Position numbers and translations under genes: made by a program
Part shown: positions 9,924-19,337 of the stretch, piece by piece
Numbering within the stretch: position 1 is the first letter of the stretch
How the letters are laid out: each line of letters starts with the position of its first letter
Notes under the pieces: generated by a model
The model's input: the letters and a program-made list of their open reading frames with translations, nothing else
What the model was told of the DNA's origin: nothing
The model's database searches: none
Source of the DNA: Pseudomonadota bacterium
Lineage (GTDB): Bacteria > UBA10199 > 2-02-FULL-44-16 > JBDRGF01
Reading direction: 5' to 3'
NCBI GenBank assembly: GCA_043818055.1
Contig: JBDRGF010000036.1
Coordinates: 1-25,849 of the forward strand
DNA: 25,849 nt

Positions 9924-10067
9924 GGCTGTTGCCGAAGTCTATTTTGTGAATTTGTTACGATTATCATATGTAGGGGCAGGTTTTAAACCTGCCCTAATTG
10001 TGATTTCGCGAGGGTTTGAAACCCTCCCCTACAATAATTCGATATACAAACGACTTTGGCAACAGCC
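9924..10067. mobile_element. MITE-like element with 16-bp terminal inverted repeats enclosing an inverted pair of GTAG-type REPs
   Basis: GGCTGTTGCCGAAGTC (9924-9939) vs GACTTTGGCAACAGCC (10052-10067), 15/16 complementary. Inside: GTAGGGGCAGGTTTTAAACCTGCCCT (9970-9995) and GCGAGGGTTTGAAACCCTCCCCTAC (10008-10032). Confidence 0.65.
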
Positions 10068-10111
10068 GTCTTCGCAGGAATAATAGATATCTAAAAGACT
10101 TATTCAATTTC

Positions 10112-10147
10112 TTGACTTGTATAACTATATTGTTATACTTTGTATAA
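10112..10147 (+). promoter_or_regulatory. Promoter with overlapping palindromic operator for the ATPase/nuclease gene
   Basis: TTGACT (10112-10117)-N16-TATACT (10134-10139) with TGn extension; GTATAAC-N6-GTTATAC palindrome at 10119-10138; extra TTGTATAA at 10140-10147. Confidence 0.6.
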
Positions 10148-10181
10148 GTTAAACACTACAGTGTTGAAAGAGGGTGCCCAC

Positions 10182-11588
10182 ATGGAAAAGTTTGTAGGAA
10201 GGGAGTATGAAATTCAACTTCTTGAAGAGGCATATAAAAAACATGTCTCACAATTGTTTATCATCCAGGGCCGTCGTCGCATTGGAAAAAGCACCCTTAT
10301 AGAAAAATTCATACATGATAAGAAACACCTGTACTTCATAGGTGGCGAAGAGAAAGAGACATTTCAAATCGAGCGATTTCTGCGTGAAGCAGCCGATGCC
10401 CTTAAAGAACCTCTGATAAATCAAATACGGCCAAATAACTGGGAAGAGGTTTTTAATGCAATAAACCCATTTCTATTAAAGAACAAAACTGTGTTCGTCC
10501 TCGATGAGTTTCAATGGATGGGAAAGGCCTCCCTTGACTTACTTTCCACGCTGCAACGCCAGTGGGATAAGACCTGGAAGAGGTCTGGTAAAATTTTTAT
10601 TATTTTATGTGGTTCATCTGTCAGTTTCATGGAACATGAAGTTCTCGGGGAAAAAAGTCCTTTATATGGCAGAAGAACGGGACAAATAAAACTTATGCCG
10701 TTTACTCCGCATGAATTAGCTTTGTACTTTCCCAATAGATCATACAGGGATCAGGCTCTGATCTTTTTTTGCGTTGGTGGAGTTCCGAAATATCTGGAGT
10801 TATTCGATAATAAACAATCGGTGTGGGATGTGCTGAACAAAGAAGCTTTTAGTAAAGATGGTTATCTGATAAATGAAATTGTTTTTCTGCTAAAGGAGGA
10901 GTTGAGAGATCCCGGATTATATTATGCCATTTTAAGCTCACTGATCAGGGGAGGAAAGAGCCTTACCGAGATAAGTAAATATGTTGGAAAAGAGAGGACT
11001 TCATTGAATTTTTTGCTCAGTAAACTACAGGAATTGAATTTTATTAAAAAGCAGTTGTCACTGCCGGGAAGTAGAACATCTATAAGATACAGAATCTCAG
11101 ACCCTTTTTTAAAATTTTGGTTTTCATTCATATTGCCTAATAAAAGTAAGATAGAAATTAATTATGGAGACTATCTGGTTGATGAGATTCTGGGGGATAA
11201 CTGGGCTGTCTATTGTGGTTTTGCCTTTCAGGATTTTTGTTTAGATCACGCTTCCTCCATAGCCAAATGCCTTGGAATAAAGTCTTCATATCGCGATGGT
11301 ACCTTTTTACAAAGGGCATCAAAAAAGCAAAGAGGCGTACAGATAGATTTGGTTATAGAGCGAAATGATGGAATAACGCATATAGGTGAATGTAAGTGGT
11401 TTAATAAAAAGATAGGAAAGGGGATTATTTCTGAGATGGAGGAGAAAATTAAGCTCTACCCCAATCCAAAAAAAAATACTATAAGCCCGGTTATAGTTAC
11501 TACTATGGGTGCTACAAAAGAATATAAACTTGCAACAGACTGGCCGGTCATTGTTTTGGAAGATATCTTCGAAGCTGGCAAAAAATAG
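10182..11588 (+). CDS. Archaeal-type AAA ATPase (ATPase_2) + wHTH + DUF234-like PD-(D/E)XK domain protein
   Basis: FVGREYE, Walker A GRRRIGKS, Walker B VLDEFQW, LCGSS, SPLYGRRT, GGVPKYL, YRISDPFLKFWF, QIDLV...IGECKW. ATG 10182 preferred because TTG 10140 lies immediately after the -10 box. Confidence 0.88.
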   Translation: MEKFVGREYEIQLLEEAYKKHVSQLFIIQGRRRIGKSTLIEKFIHDKKHLYFIGGEEKETFQIERFLREAADALKEPLINQIRPNNWEEVFNAINPFLLKNKTVFVLDEFQWMGKASLDLLSTLQRQWDKTWKRSGKIFIILCGSSVSFMEHEVLGEKSPLYGRRTGQIKLMPFTPHELALYFPNRSYRDQALIFFCVGGVPKYLELFDNKQSVWDVLNKEAFSKDGYLINEIVFLLKEELRDPGLYYAILSSLIRGGKSLTEISKYVGKERTSLNFLLSKLQELNFIKKQLSLPGSRTSIRYRISDPFLKFWFSFILPNKSKIEINYGDYLVDEILGDNWAVYCGFAFQDFCLDHASSIAKCLGIKSSYRDGTFLQRASKKQRGVQIDLVIERNDGITHIGECKWFNKKIGKGIISEMEEKIKLYPNPKKNTISPVIVTTMGATKEYKLATDWPVIVLEDIFEAGKK

Positions 11589-11647
11589 TAGGGGCAGGCC
11601 CCTGTGCCTGCCCTTTTAAGAGGGCAACCACAGGGGGTTGCCCCTAC
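11588..11647. repeat. GTAG-family REP doublet (REPIN-like)
   Basis: GTAGGGGCAGGCCCCTGTGCCTGCCCT...AGGGCAACCACAGGGGGTTGCCCCTAC: GTAGGGGC/GCCCCTAC ends with two internal hairpins; starts on the last base of the stop codon. Confidence 0.75.
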
Positions 11648-11788
11648 ATTTTAGTTCGGCAACAGGTTCGCGATGGCAAATTGAAGTTTTTAGATGTTCC
11701 ATTAACAACTAAATCCAGCAGTTGTAATTGCTCTGCTTCTTTGTTATAGAGCCTGCAATATCAGCCATTAATGAATGAAGGAGTTTTT

Positions 11789-14470
11789 GTGTTTAATAAT
11801 GTGTTGAAAAAAATATTCGGTACGAGCAACGAGCGCTATTTGAAGTCGATTCAGCCGATAGTGGCAGAGATCAATGCACTGGAGCCGTCGATTTCGAAGT
11901 TGTCCGATGCCGAGCTCAAATCAAAGACAGCCTATTTTAAGGAGCGTCTCGCTCAGGGCGCAACGCTTGATGATATTTTAGTGGAGAGCTTTGCTGTGGT
12001 GAGAGAGGTAGGAAAGCGGATTCTCAACATGCGCCATTTCGATGTGCAGCTCCTCGGCGGCGTCGTCCTTCACAGGGGGCGCATCACCGAGATGAAGACA
12101 GGTGAGGGTAAGACGCTGGTTGCGACGCTGCCGGTCTATCTGAACGCACTTTCTGGAAAGGGTTCACATGTCGTCACCGTCAACGACTATCTCGCCCGCC
12201 GTGATTCGGACTGGATGGGAAAGATCTATAATTTTTTGGAGATGAATGTCGGCGTCATCGTCCCGAACATGGATGACTCCGAGAGGAAAAAGGCGTACGG
12301 CGCGGATATCACGTACGGCACGAACAACGAGTTCGGTTTTGATTATCTCAGGGATAATATGAAATTCTCCTCTGAGCAATTCGTCCAGAGGCCTCTCAAT
12401 TATTGCATCGTCGATGAAGTCGATTCGATATTGATCGATGAGGCGAGAACACCGCTAATCATCTCAGGCCCTGCCGAGCAATCGACGAAGCTCTATTACG
12501 TAATCGATGGTTTAGTCCCCTTTCTCAAGAAGGAGAAGGATTATACGATAGACGAAAAGGCGCGCGCAGTTGCTTTGACAGAGGAGGGTGTTTTAACAGT
12601 TGAGAAGAAGCTCAACATAGAAAATCTGTACGACCCTCAGAATATCGATATCCTTCACCATGTGAATCAAGCGCTGAGAGCTCATTCGCTATATAAACTC
12701 GATGTCGATTATGTGATAAACGATGGCCAGGTTGTGATAGTCGATGAATTCACCGGTCGCCTGATGCAGGGAAGAAGATGGGGAGATGGGCTTCATCAGG
12801 CGGTGGAGGCCAAAGAAAAGGTGAAAGTCGAAAACGAGAACCAGACGCTTGCCACCATCACCTTTCAGAACTTCTTCAGGATGTATGAAAAGCTCTCCGG
12901 CATGACCGGCACGGCCGACACCGAGGCCGAGGAGTTTGCAAAAATATATAATCTCGATGTGAATGTTATACCGACCCATCTGAAAATGATCAGAGATGAC
13001 CAGTCAGACCTCATCTATAAGACGCAAGCTGGAAAGTACAAGGCGGTCGTCAATCATGTGAGGGAGCTCTACGACAAGGGACAGCCGGTGCTGGTCGGTA
13101 CAATTTCGATAGACAGATCCGAGCTGATTTCAAAGATGCTTAAAACTTTCGGCATTCCACATCACATTCTGAACGCAAAGCACCATGATCGAGAGGCGGA
13201 GATCGTCTCGCAGGCCGGAAGATACAAGGCCGTGACTATTTCAACTAACATGGCGGGCCGCGGAACAGACATCATGCTGGGCGGCAATCCTGAGTTCATG
13301 GCGAAGGCGAAGATGGATGCGAACACGGATGAGGAAACCTATAAGAAATATCTTGAGGAGTTCAAAGCTCTATGCGCCGAAGAGAAGAGGAAGGTTATAG
13401 AATGCGGCGGTCTCAAAATCCTCGGCACCGAGAGGCACGAGAGCAGACGAATCGACAATCAGCTCAGAGGACGTTCCGGCCGTCAGGGCGATCCCGGCGC
13501 AACGATATTCTACCTCTCCCTCGAGGATGATCTTTTGAGGGTCTTCGGCGGCGAGAGGATAAGCTCGCTCATGGATCGGATCGGCATGACAGAGGAGGAC
13601 GAGATCCAGCACTCGCTTATCGCGCGGGCCATCGAAAATGCGCAGAAGCGTGTTGAGGGACACAACTTTCAGATCAGAAAAAATCTTCTTGAATACGACG
13701 ATGTGATGAACCAACAGCGTTCCACCGTCTATTCCAGAAGACGTGAGATGCTATCTTCGGAAAACAACCACAGTATGGTCTGTGATATGATCGATCAGGT
13801 CGTCACGATGATAGTTGAGGAGACCATTCCGGATAAGATCACAGAGGAGTTTGATTCTTCGGAATTCGAAGAGAGGGTGAAACAGCTTTTCAACATCCAT
13901 GATTTCAGCTTCGCCCAGTTGAAACCTGACCTTAAATCACAGGAGGATGTCGGCAAGGCGCTTTATGACAGGGTGACAGCCTATTATAATGAAAGGACGA
14001 AGGTCAACGGCGAGGATGTCATGCGCCAGATCGAAAACTTCATCCTGCTCCACACGCTCGATGGTCTGTGGAAGGACAACCTCTTGCAGATGGATCATCT
14101 CAAAGAGGGAATCGGGCTGAGAGGATATGGTCAGAAGAACCCGCTTCTTGAATACAAAAAGGAAGGGTACATGCTCTTCAAGGAGATGATGGACAACTTT
14201 GTGACAGAGACGGTAGGAAAGCTCTTCAGGGTGCAGGTCACAAGCGAAGAGAGCATCAAGAAAGTCGAGAAGAGCGATCAAAAGGAGATAAAGAATATCT
14301 CATTGTCGAAGAGTGAAGTCAGCGCCTTCAAAGATTCAGCCCCCCCCGAAGCAAGGGGAGGAAGGCCTTTAACGCAAGGCACAGTCAAAAGAGATGCCCC
14401 AAAGGTCGGCCGAAACGACCCATGCACTTGCGGAAGCGGGAAGAAGTTTAAGAAGTGTTGCGGGAAATGA
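11789..14470 (+). CDS. secA: Preprotein translocase ATPase SecA
   Basis: [70 protein letters not shown]-terminal SEC-C zinc motif [16 protein letters not shown] 11789 follows AAGGAG; alternative ATG 11771. Confidence 0.99.
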   Translation: MFNNVLKKIFGTSNERYLKSIQPIVAEINALEPSISKLSDAELKSKTAYFKERLAQGATLDDILVESFAVVREVGKRILNMRHFDVQLLGGVVLHRGRITEMKTGEGKTLVATLPVYLNALSGKGSHVVTVNDYLARRDSDWMGKIYNFLEMNVGVIVPNMDDSERKKAYGADITYGTNNEFGFDYLRDNMKFSSEQFVQRPLNYCIVDEVDSILIDEARTPLIISGPAEQSTKLYYVIDGLVPFLKKEKDYTIDEKARAVALTEEGVLTVEKKLNIENLYDPQNIDILHHVNQALRAHSLYKLDVDYVINDGQVVIVDEFTGRLMQGRRWGDGLHQAVEAKEKVKVENENQTLATITFQNFFRMYEKLSGMTGTADTEAEEFAKIYNLDVNVIPTHLKMIRDDQSDLIYKTQAGKYKAVVNHVRELYDKGQPVLVGTISIDRSELISKMLKTFGIPHHILNAKHHDREAEIVSQAGRYKAVTISTNMAGRGTDIMLGGNPEFMAKAKMDANTDEETYKKYLEEFKALCAEEKRKVIECGGLKILGTERHESRRIDNQLRGRSGRQGDPGATIFYLSLEDDLLRVFGGERISSLMDRIGMTEEDEIQHSLIARAIENAQKRVEGHNFQIRKNLLEYDDVMNQQRSTVYSRRREMLSSENNHSMVCDMIDQVVTMIVEETIPDKITEEFDSSEFEERVKQLFNIHDFSFAQLKPDLKSQEDVGKALYDRVTAYYNERTKVNGEDVMRQIENFILLHTLDGLWKDNLLQMDHLKEGIGLRGYGQKNPLLEYKKEGYMLFKEMMDNFVTETVGKLFRVQVTSEESIKKVEKSDQKEIKNISLSKSEVSAFKDSAPPEARGGRPLTQGTVKRDAPKVGRNDPCTCGSGKKFKKCCGK

Positions 14471-14491
14471 CCTCCTTAGGAATCTAATAGT

Positions 14492-14528
14492 GTCATCGCG
14501 AGCGAGCCACAGGCGAGCGTAGCGATCC
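14492..14528. repeat. GTCATYGCGAG-type palindromic element, copy 1 (half element)
   Basis: GTCATCGCGAGCGAGCCACAGGCGAGCGTAGCGATCC; homologous to 21531 and 25499. Confidence 0.65.
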
Positions 14529-14535
14529 CCCCAGA

Positions 14536-14594
14536 CAATTAACAATATCCAATACCCAATACACAATTTCCAATTTCAATTTTTCAAATCCAAG
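14536..14594. repeat. Heptamer tandem repeat (CAATWNM)x~8
   Basis: CAATTAA CAATATC CAATACC CAATACA CAATTTC CAATTTC AATTTTT CAAATCC. Confidence 0.8.
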
Positions 14595-14686
14595 AAGTTG
14601 CTTGCCCGTAATAGCGAAAATATGTATATTACACGGAGTTTTTCTTAGGCATGTTCACATTTGCTTATTCGCAGTTAGGGGGGGGG

Positions 14687-14800
14687 ATGATTGAAAAATC
14701 ATTAGTTTTTTCTATCGATGAAGCTGCTGAATCTCTGCATATCCATCCTTCAACCATTAATCATTACATAGAGTTAGCTGAAATCACTCTCTCTCCGTGA
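14687..14800 (+). pseudogene. Small excisionase-like (HTH_17) DNA-binding ORF, 37 aa, possibly frameshifted
   Basis: My translation: MIEKSLVFSIDEAAESLHIHPSTINHYIELAEITLSP*. SIDEAAESLHIHPSTI fits the T(V/I)xEAAxxLx(V/I)xxxTI pattern. Preceded by a G9 tract and a candidate promoter TTGCCC-N17-TATATT (14602-14630). Confidence 0.5.
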
Positions 14801-14866
14801 TGAGAGTCGGGATTGTAAGATAAGGACGAATAAAAGTTAGTTCGGTTTTTTATGGGGGGATTCCAT

Positions 14867-15676
14867 ATGTCAGCACAGCTGGTTACGCCCGGGAGTTTGG
14901 CCAGGACCATCGCATTCGTTCATCATAAGGGCGGAACTGGCAAGACCACCGCATGTATAAATGTCGCCGGATGGCTCAATAAAATGAAAAAGAGGGTTCT
15001 CGTTATCGATCTCGATCCCCAGGGGAATGCGACCGCTGGCTTGGGAATTGACAGGTCATCGATTGAAGATACGATTTACGATGTCATGTTTGGTTTTAAA
15101 AATCTTGGAATGATTATTCTGGAAACGGAATCCGGCGTATATCTCGCCCCATCCTCTCTCGATCTTCTTGCCGCGGAAACACACATGGCCGGCCAGTCTG
15201 ATAACACGGCGATACTTAAGGGGAGCCTTAAGGATGTCGATAAATTTTTTGACTATATACTGATCGATGTCCCGCCCGGCTCTACCCTTTTGATGATCAA
15301 CGGAATTGTTGCGTCCGAAAACATTATAATTCCTGTCGATTCAGGTGTCTTTGCCTTTGAAACACTGGAGACGCTTAAAACTCTGATAATCGACCTTGCC
15401 GGGGAACTGGGAGTTGAAGTCAATGTAATGATGCTCCTCCTGAAACAGCACCCGGGTCCTGGATTCTGGAGCAATCCCACAAAAGAGATCAAAGGCATGT
15501 TAAAGCGCTTTCTGTCAGAAAACAATATTTCAGAAGTTGATATATATAAAATTCCTTTTTCCACAAAGATATACAAGGCGCAGATGAAGGGGAGTCCGAT
15601 ATCACACTTTGCGCCAAGAAGTGATGTGGGAAAGGCATATAAGAGGATAACTAAGGGCATTCTTAATAGCGTATAG
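14867..15676 (+). CDS. ParA/Soj-family ATPase associated with the chemosensory operon (PpfA/ParC-like role inferred)
   Basis: Deviant Walker A KGGTGKTT, VLVIDLDPQGNATAGLG, DYILIDVPP; no parB in the window. ATG 14867 follows GGGGGA; alternative ATG 14852. Confidence 0.92.
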   Translation: MSAQLVTPGSLARTIAFVHHKGGTGKTTACINVAGWLNKMKKRVLVIDLDPQGNATAGLGIDRSSIEDTIYDVMFGFKNLGMIILETESGVYLAPSSLDLLAAETHMAGQSDNTAILKGSLKDVDKFFDYILIDVPPGSTLLMINGIVASENIIIPVDSGVFAFETLETLKTLIIDLAGELGVEVNVMMLLLKQHPGPGFWSNPTKEIKGMLKRFLSENNISEVDIYKIPFSTKIYKAQMKGSPISHFAPRSDVGKAYKRITKGILNSV

Positions 15677-15734
15677 TGTTTTGCGTATAGGATTATTATA
15701 GCCCTATACGCTATACGCTCCGCGCTATTCGCTA
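15667..15734. repeat. Heptamer inverted-repeat element (TAGCGTA / CTATACG) at the parA-mcp junction
   Basis: Left arm TAGCGTA TAGTGTT TTGCGTA TAG contains the parA stop; right arm CTATACG CTATACG CTCCGCG CTATTCG CTA. Confidence 0.85.
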
Positions 15735-15750
15735 AAAAATGGAGGTTTTT

Positions 15751-18700
15751 ATGGCTAAGGAACCAACACGTGGTCAGGGGAGGAAGGCGCTTTTCGGGAC
15801 CAAAAATGAGCAGGATACAAAGGAGTACATGGCGCGGAAAGAACTTTTGACAGAGGATGAACCAGTTGAAAAGGAGGGGAGGGCTGCTAAAATTCTGATA
15901 CAGAAAAGTGACGAACTTGTAGAGAAGAGACTTCAAGGCCTTCTTGATGCCCTCGAGGCTGTCAGGAACGGAGACCTCTCAAAGCGTTTGAAGAGGGAGT
16001 ACAACGATATCTTTGGTGAACTGGCCGATTCATATAATTCGATGGTCGATAACTTGAGCGTATTTGGCGGCGAGGTCACGCGTGTTGCCAAAGAGGTGGG
16101 TACGGAGGGAAAGCTCGGTGGACAGGCCAAGGTTCCTAATGTCATAGGTATATGGAGAGAGTTGACTGATAATGTCAATACGATGGCCAATAATCTTACG
16201 AATCAGGTGCGAAATATCGCAACAGTATCAGCCGGTATTGCAAACGGCGATCTGACACAAAAGATCACCGCCGAGGCACAGGGTGAGATTCTTCAGGTGA
16301 AAGAGACAGTCAATAAGATGGTCGATAATCTGAACCTCTTCAATAATGAGGTGACGCGTGTTGCGCGCGAGGTGGGAACCGAGGGGAAACTCGGCGGTCA
16401 GGCAAACGTTCCTGGCGTTGCGGGTGTCTGGAAAGACCTCACCGATAATGTCAATACTATGGCCAACAATCTGACAGGCCAGGTACGAAATATAGCAACG
16501 GTGGCGAGCGGTATTGCGAACGGAGATCTGACACAAAAGATCACCGTTGAAGCGCAAGGTGAAATATTGCAGGTTAAAGAGACGGTCAACAAGATGGTTG
16601 ATAATTTAAATCTCTTCGGTGCTGAAGTTACGCGTGTTGCGCGCGAGGTGGGCACCGAAGGTAAGCTCGGTGGACAGGCTTCTGTTCCGGGAGTTGCCGG
16701 CACATGGAAGGCTCTGACCGAGAACGTCAATATAATGGCTGTCAATCTCACGAATCAGGTGCGTAATATCGCCAAGGTCGGTACTGCAATTGCCCAGGGC
16801 GACCTGACACAAAAGATCACGGTTGAGGCAAAAGGCGAGATAGCGGAACTGAAGGAGACGCTCAACAAAATGGTTGATAGTCTGAATATTTTTGCCAGTG
16901 AAGTGACCCGTGTTGCTGGAGAGGTCGGCACTGAGGGTAAACTCGGTGGTCAGGCAAAGGTGCCGGGAGTCGCGGGCACATGGAAGGAGCTGACGAACAA
17001 TGTGAATATGCTTGCCGGAAACCTGACTGTCCAGGTGAGAAATATCGCACAGGTTACAACGGCGGTGGCGAACGGAGATCTCTCGCAGAAGATCACAGTC
17101 GAGGCAAAAGGCGAGATATTTGAACTTAAGAACACGATAAACAAGATGGTGGACAGCCTTAACGTTTTTGCCAGTGAAGTGACTCGTGTGGCTGGAGAGG
17201 TGGGCACCGAAGGAAAGCTTGGTGGTCAGGCAAAAGTGCCTGGCGTGGCAGGTGCGTGGAAGGAATTGACAGATAATGTAAACGCGATGGCGAGCAACCT
17301 GACAACACAAGTGCGAAACATTGCGACCGTGGCCACAGCGGTGGCGAATGGTGATTTGAGGCAGAAGATTACAGTGGAGGCAAAGGAGGAGATCCTCGAA
17401 CTCAAAAATACGCTCAACCAGATGGTGGACAATCTCAACCTGTTTGGTGCGGAGGTGACGCGCGTTGCCCGTGAGGTGGGGACCGAGGGTAAACTCGGTG
17501 GCCAGGCTGTAGTGCCAAATGTCGCTGGTACGTGGAAGGAACTGACGGACAACGTGAACGCCATGGCGAGCAACCTGACAACACAGGTGCGAAATATTGC
17601 GACGGTAGCCACTGCTGTGGCAAACGGAGATCTCTCACAGAAAATAACGGTCGAGGCAAATGGCGAGATCCTCGAACTCAAGAATACGCTCAACAAGATG
17701 GTGGACAACCTCAACCTGTTTGGCGCGGAGGTGACGCGAGTTGCCCGTGAGGTGGGGACAGAGGGCAAACTCGGTGGCCAGGCTATAGTGCCAAATGTCG
17801 CCGGTACATGGAAGGAACTTACTAATAATGTGAACGCCATGGCCGCAAACCTGACCTCGCAGGTCAGGAACATCGCACAGGTCACGACGGCTATCGCGAA
17901 CGGAGACCTTACGCAGAAGATCACCGTGGAAGCGGCAGGTGAAATATTGGAGCTCAAAAATACTATCAATCAAATGGTTGACAGTTTAAACAGATTGGCC
18001 GCTGAGGTTGCGCGAGTTGCTCAGGTCGCAGGAGCGGAGGGGAAACTCAGTGAAAGGGCAGAGGTTGAGGGTGTGAAGGGAAGCTGGAAAGAGGTCGTCG
18101 ATACGTTGAACACACTTCTCGATTCCATCGTTTCACCAGTGCAAGAGGTTATTCGGCTGGCCGTTGCCCTCTCTAAGGGGGATCTTACACAGAGAGTAAC
18201 CATCAGTACGGCAGGTGATATAAAAACCCTTGCGGATGCCCTCAATAAATCCTTCGATGATCTCGGCACGCTGATCAGGCTGGCAGTGGATGGTTCAGGA
18301 AAGGTTTTCAACGCATCAGAACAATTGGCCAATTCATCGAGGCAGGTTAGTAGGGCGCTTAATGAGGCCGCGACGACGACGAATCAGATCGCCGGCGGTG
18401 CCAAGGAGCAGTCCAAAAAACTGGAGGGTTCGACAAAGATTGTTGCAGATCTCTCCAATTCTATTTCTCAAGGGTCGGCTAACGCGAAGATTGCGGCAGA
18501 GGTTACATCGGAGGCAGCCAAATTATCACAAAAGGGGACGGAATCTGGTAAACAAGCGGCAAACAGACTGAAATCGATAGATGATATAGTGAAGGGGAAT
18601 ACCGCTACGGTCAAAGAACTAGACAAGAAGGCAAAGGAGATCGCGATTATCGTGGGTACGACAAAAGATATAGCCGACCAGACGAACCTGCTTGCACTCA

Positions 18701-19248
18701 ACGCGGCAATCGAGGCTGCACACGCGGGTGAGGCTGGCCGAGGATTTGCCGTCGTTGCCGATGAGATAAGAAAGCTGGCCGAGGGGACTAAAAAGGCCGC
18801 TGTTCAGATCGAGGGAATGGTCAGCACAATAGCAGAGTCCGTGACCGAAGTGGTCGGAGGCATGACAACAGGTACGACTCAGGTCACAGAGAGTATCGAC
18901 ATTGTCAACGCGGCACTCTCCGTATTAGATCAGATCGGTGCCGGCGCCTTGGAGATCACGTCGAAGGCACAAGAGATCTCAATGGCTACGGAACAACAGT
19001 CAGGTTCTGCCCAACAGGTGGCAAAAAATATCGAAGAGATCGCCGCCACTTCAGAGCAAGCCGCTGTCAGTTCATCCCAGATGGCAACATCTATCCAACA
19101 GCAGAGCGCCACGATGCAGCAGATGGCAAGTTCTTCCCAGGCCTTGACTGATGTATCCACAGAGCTCAGAAATTCGCTGACCAGGTTCAAGATCATGGGA
19201 ACGGAAAATGTCAAAGGGGTGGAGGCAGAAGCGGCAAGAACAGAATGA
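15751..19248 (+). CDS. Cytoplasmic methyl-accepting chemotaxis protein with poly-HAMP array
   Basis: MCP tip [38 protein letters not shown]; methylation-type helices ([19 protein letters not shown]); eight 92-aa HAMP repeats; no hydrophobic TM segment visible. ATG 15751 follows GGAGG. Confidence 0.95.
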   Translation: MAKEPTRGQGRKALFGTKNEQDTKEYMARKELLTEDEPVEKEGRAAKILIQKSDELVEKRLQGLLDALEAVRNGDLSKRLKREYNDIFGELADSYNSMVDNLSVFGGEVTRVAKEVGTEGKLGGQAKVPNVIGIWRELTDNVNTMANNLTNQVRNIATVSAGIANGDLTQKITAEAQGEILQVKETVNKMVDNLNLFNNEVTRVAREVGTEGKLGGQANVPGVAGVWKDLTDNVNTMANNLTGQVRNIATVASGIANGDLTQKITVEAQGEILQVKETVNKMVDNLNLFGAEVTRVAREVGTEGKLGGQASVPGVAGTWKALTENVNIMAVNLTNQVRNIAKVGTAIAQGDLTQKITVEAKGEIAELKETLNKMVDSLNIFASEVTRVAGEVGTEGKLGGQAKVPGVAGTWKELTNNVNMLAGNLTVQVRNIAQVTTAVANGDLSQKITVEAKGEIFELKNTINKMVDSLNVFASEVTRVAGEVGTEGKLGGQAKVPGVAGAWKELTDNVNAMASNLTTQVRNIATVATAVANGDLRQKITVEAKEEILELKNTLNQMVDNLNLFGAEVTRVAREVGTEGKLGGQAVVPNVAGTWKELTDNVNAMASNLTTQVRNIATVATAVANGDLSQKITVEANGEILELKNTLNKMVDNLNLFGAEVTRVAREVGTEGKLGGQAIVPNVAGTWKELTNNVNAMAANLTSQVRNIAQVTTAIANGDLTQKITVEAAGEILELKNTINQMVDSLNRLAAEVARVAQVAGAEGKLSERAEVEGVKGSWKEVVDTLNTLLDSIVSPVQEVIRLAVALSKGDLTQRVTISTAGDIKTLADALNKSFDDLGTLIRLAVDGSGKVFNASEQLANSSRQVSRALNEAATTTNQIAGGAKEQSKKLEGSTKIVADLSNSISQGSANAKIAAEVTSEAAKLSQKGTESGKQAANRLKSIDDIVKGNTATVKELDKKAKEIAIIVGTTKDIADQTNLLALNAAIEAAHAGEAGRGFAVVADEIRKLAEGTKKAAVQIEGMVSTIAESVTEVVGGMTTGTTQVTESIDIVNAALSVLDQIGAGALEITSKAQEISMATEQQSGSAQQVAKNIEEIAATSEQAAVSSSQMATSIQQQSATMQQMASSSQALTDVSTELRNSLTRFKIMGTENVKGVEAEAARTE
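16072..18279 (+). repeat. Eight 276-bp coding tandem repeats (92-aa poly-HAMP units)
   Basis: The [19 protein letters not shown] motif starts at 16072, 16348, 16624, 16900, 17176, 17452, 17728 and 18004 (last copy diverged), exactly 276 bp apart. Confidence 0.95.
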
Positions 19249-19337
19249 ACAAGTAGCAGATAGCATTGAGCGACCTTGTGATATGTGTCAGGAATGAAGA
19301 ACGCACAAAGTATGTCGCACGAAAGACGAGGTGAATT

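Noticed and set aside
10140..10181. Longer upstream starts from the ORF track (10140, 11771, 14852, 15739, 20015)
   Set aside because: RBS position, promoter overlap or domain boundaries favour 10182, 11789, 14867, 15751 and 20048
14600..14866. c-di-GMP riboswitch or other ncRNA in the che operon leader
   Set aside because: I could not find GEMM-type conserved motifs or a convincing stem set by eye; an Rfam/Infernal scan would be needed to exclude it
14867..15676. parA as evidence of a plasmid, prophage or chromosomal parABS locus
   Set aside because: No parB, parS palindrome, rep or phage genes; it is co-oriented at the head of a che operon
15253..15936. 227-aa minus-strand ORF (likewise 18930-19604, 19211-19744, 20364-20939, 24911-25384)
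   Set aside because: Antisense to well-supported che operon genes, with no recognisable domains
15933..18701. Many long antisense and alternate-frame ORFs over the MCP (e.g. 16606-17310, 17226-17969)
   Set aside because: Shadow frames repeated by the 276-bp periodicity; no independent protein features
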